Below are positions 8,134-12,353 of a stretch of 12,353 nt of DNA, one piece after another. The position numbers were made by a program, and so were the translations under genes. Source of the stretch: Clostridia bacterium (lineage in GTDB: Bacteria > Bacillota > Clostridia > Christensenellales > Aristaeellaceae); contig JAKSQG010000035.1 in NCBI GenBank assembly GCA_024404275.1, positions 1 to 12,353 of the forward strand. The letters are read 5' to 3'. The first letter of the stretch is position 1. The number at the start of each line of letters is the position of its first letter. The notes beneath the pieces are model-generated. The model saw nothing but the letters and a program-made list of their open reading frames with translations, did no database searches and was not told the origin of the DNA.

Positions 8134-8823
8134 TTATTCATTTTCGACTCTTGTCACCGTCAGAATGCCATTTTCAACGCGGAAGCCAACATCCATTCCC
8201 GCGAAGGACAGACCGTAGACAGTCTCCGGTGCATCCTCATACCCGGGGCGCGGGTCACATGCCAGCACGCCTTTCAAAGCAGAACGCTTCTCCGTCGGCA
8301 CTTTGTCAAGAAGTTCCTGCGGAAACACCACCTGCAGGCGATGCGTACGCGTTTCGGCGGTATACCCCTCCGATGCTTCTGGATGGCAGTCCGCCACGGG
8401 AATATACGGCTTGATATCATAGATGGGGGTGCCGTCCAGCAGGTCCGCACCTGATACTGTCAGCACCGGCGCTTCGGGCGCATCCAGGTCGATGCCCGTC
8501 AGCTTCACACAGGAAAGCCCCAGTCCGTTGGGACGATACGGCGCACGGGAGGCAAACACGCCGACCCTTGTATTTCCGCCAAGGCGCGGCGGGCGCACTG
8601 TGGGACGGAACTCGCTGACGCGGGTCTTTGAAAACTCCCAGATGAGCCACAGATGGCTGAAGCCTTCCAGTCCCCGCACCGCTTCCACACGGCGGAATTC
8701 CGGTTCAAATACGATATACGCCTGCAGTTCACTCACCAGACCGCTTTGCCGCGGAATGCCGAACTTTTGCTTGAAATCCGTATGAATGTAAGCAATGGGG
8801 TGCAGAATATGATTCTCACTCAT
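8134..8823 (-). CDS. trmO: tRNA (N6-threonylcarbamoyladenosine37-N6)-methyltransferase TrmO (TsaA/YaeB family)
   Basis: 229 aa counted from the ATG at 8823 ([29 protein letters not shown]...), which is the typical family N-terminus, with GGAG 7 nt upstream. Contains the DGTPIYDIKPYIP motif. TAA stop. The longer track ORF (to 8922) would overlap ispE by 107 nt and adds only an Arg-rich non-homologous leader. Confidence 0.85.
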   Translation of the reverse strand: MSENHILHPIAYIHTDFKQKFGIPRQSGLVSELQAYIVFEPEFRRVEAVRGLEGFSHLWLIWEFSKTRVSEFRPTVRPPRLGGNTRVGVFASRAPYRPNGLGLSCVKLTGIDLDAPEAPVLTVSGADLLDGTPIYDIKPYIPVADCHPEASEGYTAETRTHRLQVVFPQELLDKVPTEKRSALKGVLACDPRPGYEDAPETVYGLSFAGMDVGFRVENGILTVTRVENE

Positions 8824-9661
8824 AACAGGTCTCCGTTCTGAGCACAACAGGCCACTTGCCCTTGAGTGCTTCCGCCGCCCTATCCGCCGCCGCTGCGCTT
8901 TCAAATACGCCATAGGTGACACTGCCGCTGCCCGTCATGCGGGCAAACAACGCTCCCTGTGCCAGCAGCTCTTTCTGTGCCGCCGCAATGGCGGGCACCA
9001 ACCGCATGGCAGCACCCTGCAGTGAGTTGACCGAGCTTTTTTCCAGCAGCTGCATATCCCCCGTGTCGATCGCCTTCAATACACCAAATGTATCTCCATG
9101 AACCGAAGGCATCGCATCCGATTCACGGAATACCGCCGCCGTGCTCAATTCTTCCCTCGGCTGCAAAAGCACCAGCGGATAGGTACGCCTTCCCCCGATG
9201 GGCGTCAGCTTTTCACCGATGCCCTGCACACGGCACAGACCGCCCTGCAGGCAAAAAGGGATATCCGCCCCCAAGGGCAGCGCCAGTTCTTGCAGCGTTT
9301 CAAGCGGCAAATGAAGCTGCCACAACTGATTCAGCATTTTCAATGCCGCCGCCGCATCCGCGCTTCCGCCGCCCATGCCCGCTCCCGCAGGGATACGCTT
9401 GACCAGCGTCATGGCTGCCCCCTGCTGTACGCCCGCAAACGCTTTCAGACAGCGCGCTGCACGCAGCACCAGATTGTTTTCATCCGCCGCCACCGTATCC
9501 GAACCGCTCAGCGTCAGGCTCAGCGTTTCCGCCTCCTACGCAATCAGCGTATCGGACAGTGTCACGCTCTGCATGACCATGTCCAGCAGATGATAGCCGT
9601 CCTATCGGCGTCCGGTCACCTCCAGCGACCAGTTGATTTTGGCTTTCGCTTCAAGCTTCAT
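8816..9661 (-). CDS. ispE: 4-diphosphocytidyl-2-C-methyl-D-erythritol kinase IspE, interrupted by two in-frame TAG codons (recoded or very recent pseudogene)
   Basis: I joined three track fragments that share one frame: [76 protein letters not shown]...[23 protein letters not shown]...[12 protein letters not shown]. The IspE N-terminal AKINxxLxV...DGYH motif, GHMP ATP loop and C-terminal GSG motif are all present. The total is 281 codons plus a TGA stop, which is a normal IspE length. Confidence 0.85.
9536..9538 (-). other. In-frame TAG, ispE codon 42
   Basis: Coding-strand context CTG ATT GCG TAG GAG GCG GAA ACG. It is in the same frame as codon 20 and as the downstream GHMP motifs. Confidence 0.95.
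9602..9604 (-). other. In-frame TAG, ispE codon 20
   Basis: Coding-strand context GGA CGC CGA TAG GAC GGC TAT CAT. It sits inside the conserved G-x-R-x-DGYH block. Confidence 0.95.
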
Positions 9662-11126
9662 TTTCAATGTGCCGCGGCGGCTCCTTTCCCATATCCAAGG
9701 TAAATTCAAACACGCTGCCCCGGTCCGAGGGAAGCAGCCGCAGCTGATGGCCATGCTTGTCCATGATGCATTTGCAGATGGCCAGCCCCAGACCTGTGCC
9801 CTTGCCCACCGTGTGAGCCTTGTCTGCCTTGTAGAAACGGTCAAAAATGTGCGGGGCGTCCTATGGCGCAATGCCCGGTCCGTTATCCGCCACCGTCACA
9901 TGGATCAGCTTGTTTTCCATACGGGTCGCAAGGGTGATTTTTCCGCCTTCCTGCGTATACTTGACCGCATTGCTGAGCAGATTGGTCAGCACCTGATAGA
10001 TCTGTTCCGCATCGGCATGCGCATACATGGGATCGCTGCCGAAGTTCAATTCGACCTCCATGTTTTTTTCATCCAGCTGCGTCATATTGGCAATGATGAC
10101 GCGGCGAATGCTTTCATGGATGTCAAAATCACTCAGTGCCAGCTCGGTAGTACCGTTCTCCATGCGGGAAAGATTCAGCAGGTTGCCCACCAGACGGGAA
10201 AGCCGTTTGGTCTCGTCCAGCACGATCTGCATATACCGTTCCTGCTCCTCACGGTCGATGGTGCCATCCGCCATGCACTGCAGGTAACCCTGAATGCTGG
10301 TCATGGGCGAGCGAAGCTCATGCGATACATTGGCGATAAAATCCTTGCGTGTCTGCTCCAGTTCATCCAACTGCGCAGCCATAATATTAAAGGCATGTGC
10401 CAGTTCCCGGGTCTCCAAACTGCCGCTCTCGGGAACACGGCGGCCGAAACGCCCCTCCGCCATCTCGCGGGAGACCGCCGCCATCTGCTTGAGCGGGCGG
10501 ATCATGGGTCGTGTGATGAGCAGCACGACCAGTGCCGAACAGATCATCACGATCAGGGCCGCAAGCACCACCTGCCAGATAAGGGAATGAAAACCGCTGT
10601 AAACCGTCTGTGCCGCAGTCTGTACAAATACAGCCCCCAGCACCGTGCCATTATCGATCCAGGGCACCGCCACCGTAAACATAGGGCCCGATTCACTCTG
10701 GACGCTGGTCACGATCTCCTGTCCGGTCAGCACCTGACGCAGCGTACTGATCACCAGTTCGCGGTCAAAATCGACCATTTCGGTCTAAAGCATGTCCGGG
10801 GTGATGTACACTGTGGTCTGCCCTGTGCGGTCCACCACCACGGCGTAAGCGGAAAAGTCCTCATAAATACGGTTGACTTTCCATTTGATATATTCCGTTG
10901 TCGTGTTAACATGCAGAACACGTTCTGCCACCAAATTGTTGCGCACACGGCTGGCCATATAGGCCAGGTCATACGCCTGCACCTTCAATTCCTGCATGCG
11001 GGTGGAGATATAGTTGCTGCGCGACGCATACCAGAAGATGCTGACCAGTGACAACACACATACCAGGATCACCGCCAGCACCACGGTCATCAGCCGCACA
11101 TACATGCCGTTCCATCTTTTTTTCAT
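9651..11126 (-). CDS. Membrane sensor histidine kinase (HAMP-HisKA-HATPase_c), interrupted by two in-frame TAG codons
   Basis: One frame runs from ATG 11126 to TGA 9651-9653, giving 491 codons. Elements in order: TM1 ([24 protein letters not shown]), external domain, TM2 ([23 protein letters not shown]), HAMP ([18 protein letters not shown]), H-box [20 protein letters not shown]-box [10 protein letters not shown]1 [25 protein letters not shown]2 [15 protein letters not shown]. The TAGs are at codons 114 and 422. Confidence 0.85.
9861..9863 (-). other. In-frame TAG, histidine kinase codon 422
   Basis: Coding-strand context GGC ATT GCG CCA TAG GAC GCC CCG CAC ATT TTT. It lies between the G1 box (DNGPGI) and the F/G2 boxes of the ATPase domain. 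Confidence 0.95.
10785..10787 (-). other. In-frame TAG, histidine kinase codon 114
   Basis: Coding-strand context CCG GAC ATG CTT TAG ACC GAA ATG GTC. It lies in the predicted external sensor domain between TM1 and TM2. Confidence 0.95.
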
Positions 11127-11815
11127 TTTACTTCAAATTTGTAGCCGACACTCCACACCGTACGAATCTGCCAGCCATATTCCTCACAGCCGATCAGCTT
11201 TTCCCTCAGACGTTTGATGTGCACATCCACCGTGCGGCTATCGCCGAAAAAGTCAAAGCCCCATACCTGCTCCAGCAGCTGCTCACGCGTAAACACACGG
11301 TTCTGATGGGAAGCAAGGAAGTACAATACCTCCAGCTCCTTGGGCGGCATTTCGACGGCTTTTCCCTGATAATATACCTCGTACTTTTCCAGGCTCACCG
11401 TCAGCCCCGGGAAGGAGAGGGTGTTCTTTTCGCCCTCGCTCGGCATCGTACGGCGCAGCACCGCCTTGACGCGGGCAGCCAGCTCCTTGTTGTCAAAGGG
11501 CTTGGTGATATAGTCATCCGCGCCCAGTTCCAAACCCAGTACCTTGTCAAAGGTCTCTCCCTTCGCAGTCAGCATGATAATGGGAATCTGTGAGATCTGA
11601 CGCACCGAACGGCACACCTGCCAGCCGTCCATGCCGGGCATCATGATATCCAGAATCATCATTTGCGGCGGATTCTGGCGGAATGCCTCCAGCGCGGTAT
11701 CACCGCGGCTGAAGGTCTGCACCTCGTAGCCTTCTTTTTTCAGGCACAGTTCCACAAGGCCCGCAATATTGGGGTCATCATCCACTACCATGATGAAGCT
11801 TTTTTCATTCGCCAT
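11123..11815 (-). CDS. OmpR/PhoB-family response regulator
   Basis: 230-aa ORF with GGGAGGG 7 nt upstream of ATG. The receiver domain has VVDDD, MILDIMMPGMDG (phospho-Asp) and LTAKG. The winged-helix DNA-binding C-terminus has TVDVHIKRLREKL and TVWSVGYKF. The TGA stop overlaps the kinase start (ATGA). Confidence 0.92.
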   Translation of the reverse strand: MANEKSFIMVVDDDPNIAGLVELCLKKEGYEVQTFSRGDTALEAFRQNPPQMMILDIMMPGMDGWQVCRSVRQISQIPIIMLTAKGETFDKVLGLELGADDYITKPFDNKELAARVKAVLRRTMPSEGEKNTLSFPGLTVSLEKYEVYYQGKAVEMPPKELEVLYFLASHQNRVFTREQLLEQVWGFDFFGDSRTVDVHIKRLREKLIGCEEYGWQIRTVWSVGYKFEVK

Positions 11816-11834
11816 ATCGTTACCCTCCCTTTTC

Positions 11835-12353
11835 TTATTTCAGGGTCACAATGGTCACGCCGTCCTCGCCCTCGCCGTACTGGCCCAGTCGGAAAGACCT
11901 GACCTGAGGATTCATTTTCAAATGCCGCTGGATGCCGCTGCGCAGCACACCCATGCCCTTTCCGTGCACGATTCCGACCTCGCCGAGACCTGCCAGGATG
12001 GCTTCGTCCAGATACTGGTCCACTTCCATCAGTGCTTCCTCCAGGCTCATGCCGCGCACATCGCATTCCATGTGTACCGTACGGCTTGCGGCGCCCGTGT
12101 GGACCATGACGGCGCTCTTTTTCTTCTTGGCTTCGCTCTTCTTTTCCTGCACGGGCCGCAGCTGGCTCAGGTTGGCTTTAAGTTTCAGTATGCCTGCCTG
12201 CACCTGCACATCGCCGTTGGCGTCGGGCTTGCTGAGCACGGTGCCGCGGGTGTTGAGGTGCAGGATATCCACGGTATCCCCCACGTTCAGCGTCTTGGGT
12301 GCCTGTGTCAGGGTCTGCGTACCCTGAATGCCCTCTGCCACGCTGTCGGCGCT
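11835..12353 (-). CDS. mutS2: Endonuclease MutS2, C-terminal portion with Smr domain (5' end lies outside the window)
   Basis: The frame is open to the window edge and ends in a TAA stop. The KOW-like segment VGDTVDILHLNTRGTVL is followed by the Smr domain: CDVRGMSLEEALMEVDQYLDEAILAGLGEVGIVHGKGMGVLRSGIQRHLKMNPQVRSFRLG...GVTIVTLK. Confidence 0.85.
   Translation of the reverse strand, partial: SADSVAEGIQGTQTLTQAPKTLNVGDTVDILHLNTRGTVLSKPDANGDVQVQAGILKLKANLSQLRPVQEKKSEAKKKKSAVMVHTGAASRTVHMECDVRGMSLEEALMEVDQYLDEAILAGLGEVGIVHGKGMGVLRSGIQRHLKMNPQVRSFRLGQYGEGEDGVTIVTLK

Noticed and set aside
8824-8922. N-terminal extension of the trmO ORF back to 8922.
   Set aside because: It would overlap ispE by 107 nt and adds an Arg-rich non-homologous leader. 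The ATG at 8823 has a GGAG RBS and gives the canonical TrmO N-terminus.
9602-9871. 89-aa track ORF on the minus strand, which might look like an independent small gene.
   Set aside because: Its first 70 residues are an out-of-frame read of the kinase 3' end. Only the last 19 residues ([19 protein letters not shown]) are real, being the IspE N-terminus that ends at the first in-frame TAG.
9536-10787. Pyrrolysine insertion elements (PYLIS-like hairpins) or a shared downstream context for the four TAGs.
   Set aside because: I could not see a common stem-loop or extended motif after the TAGs beyond TAG-G at three sites. None of the genes is a methylamine methyltransferase. Pyl remains possible but is not supported by anything in this window.
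9633-11051. 472-aa plus-strand ORF antisense to the histidine kinase. It is uninterrupted, whereas the sense frame has two stops.
   Set aside because: Its translation is low-complexity (His/Arg/Gln/Gly/Leu-rich) with no motif. The minus strand encodes textbook HAMP, H-box, N-box, G1 and G2 motifs. Long open antisense frames are expected in GC-rich coding DNA.
7419-11815. A vancomycin-resistance-type cluster (VanX plus a VanR/VanS-like two-component system).
   Set aside because: There is no vanH dehydrogenase or D-Ala-D-Lac/Ser ligase in the window. The two-component genes are on the opposite strand in a different operon, separated from the dipeptidase by trmO and ispE. The kinase has a large external domain, unlike what I recall for VanS.
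1-12353. CRISPR arrays, transposase or integrase genes, tRNA or rRNA genes, or defence-system-like genes.
   Set aside because: I found no repeat-spacer periodicity, no terminal inverted repeats flanking a transposase-like ORF and no cloverleaf-like segments. Every large ORF has an ordinary housekeeping or transport assignment.

Overview
GC-rich bacterial chromosomal segment with AT-rich intergenic DNA. It looks Firmicutes/Clostridia-like (AGGAGG-type Shine-Dalgarno sites, MutS2, family-5 peptide-binding protein), but the taxon cannot be verified from here. Almost everything is recognisable and there are two blocks. (1) Positions 50-6828, minus strand: a complete Opp/Dpp-type peptide ABC importer operon with sigma-70-like promoter, SBP, stem-loop, OppB-like permease, OppC-like permease, fused double ATPase and terminator. 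Across a 243-bp intergenic region (6740-6982) it faces a small plus-strand operon encoding an unknown membrane protein and a VanX/DdpX-type D-Ala-D-Ala dipeptidase. (2) Positions 8134-12353, minus strand: a tightly packed, start/stop-overlapping string mutS2(3' end)-OmpR-type response regulator-histidine kinase-ispE-trmO. No CRISPR array, mobile element, tRNA or rRNA is visible. The most unusual signal is at the level of the genetic code rather than a new gene. The ispE and histidine-kinase frames each contain two in-frame TAG codons and no other lesion. Conserved motifs continue in frame after every TAG, and read-through gives products of normal length (281 and 491 aa). None of the 11 gene ends in the window uses TAG (6 TAA, 5 TGA). 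This fits UAG being decoded as an amino acid (amber reassignment or dedicated suppression) in a bacterial chromosome. The alternatives are very recent nonsense pseudogenisation or base-call error. Secondary observations are a roughly 150-aa insertion in the first external loop of the OppB-like permease, the ddpX-like dipeptidase sitting beside the peptide importer, and inverted repeats around the divergent promoters.
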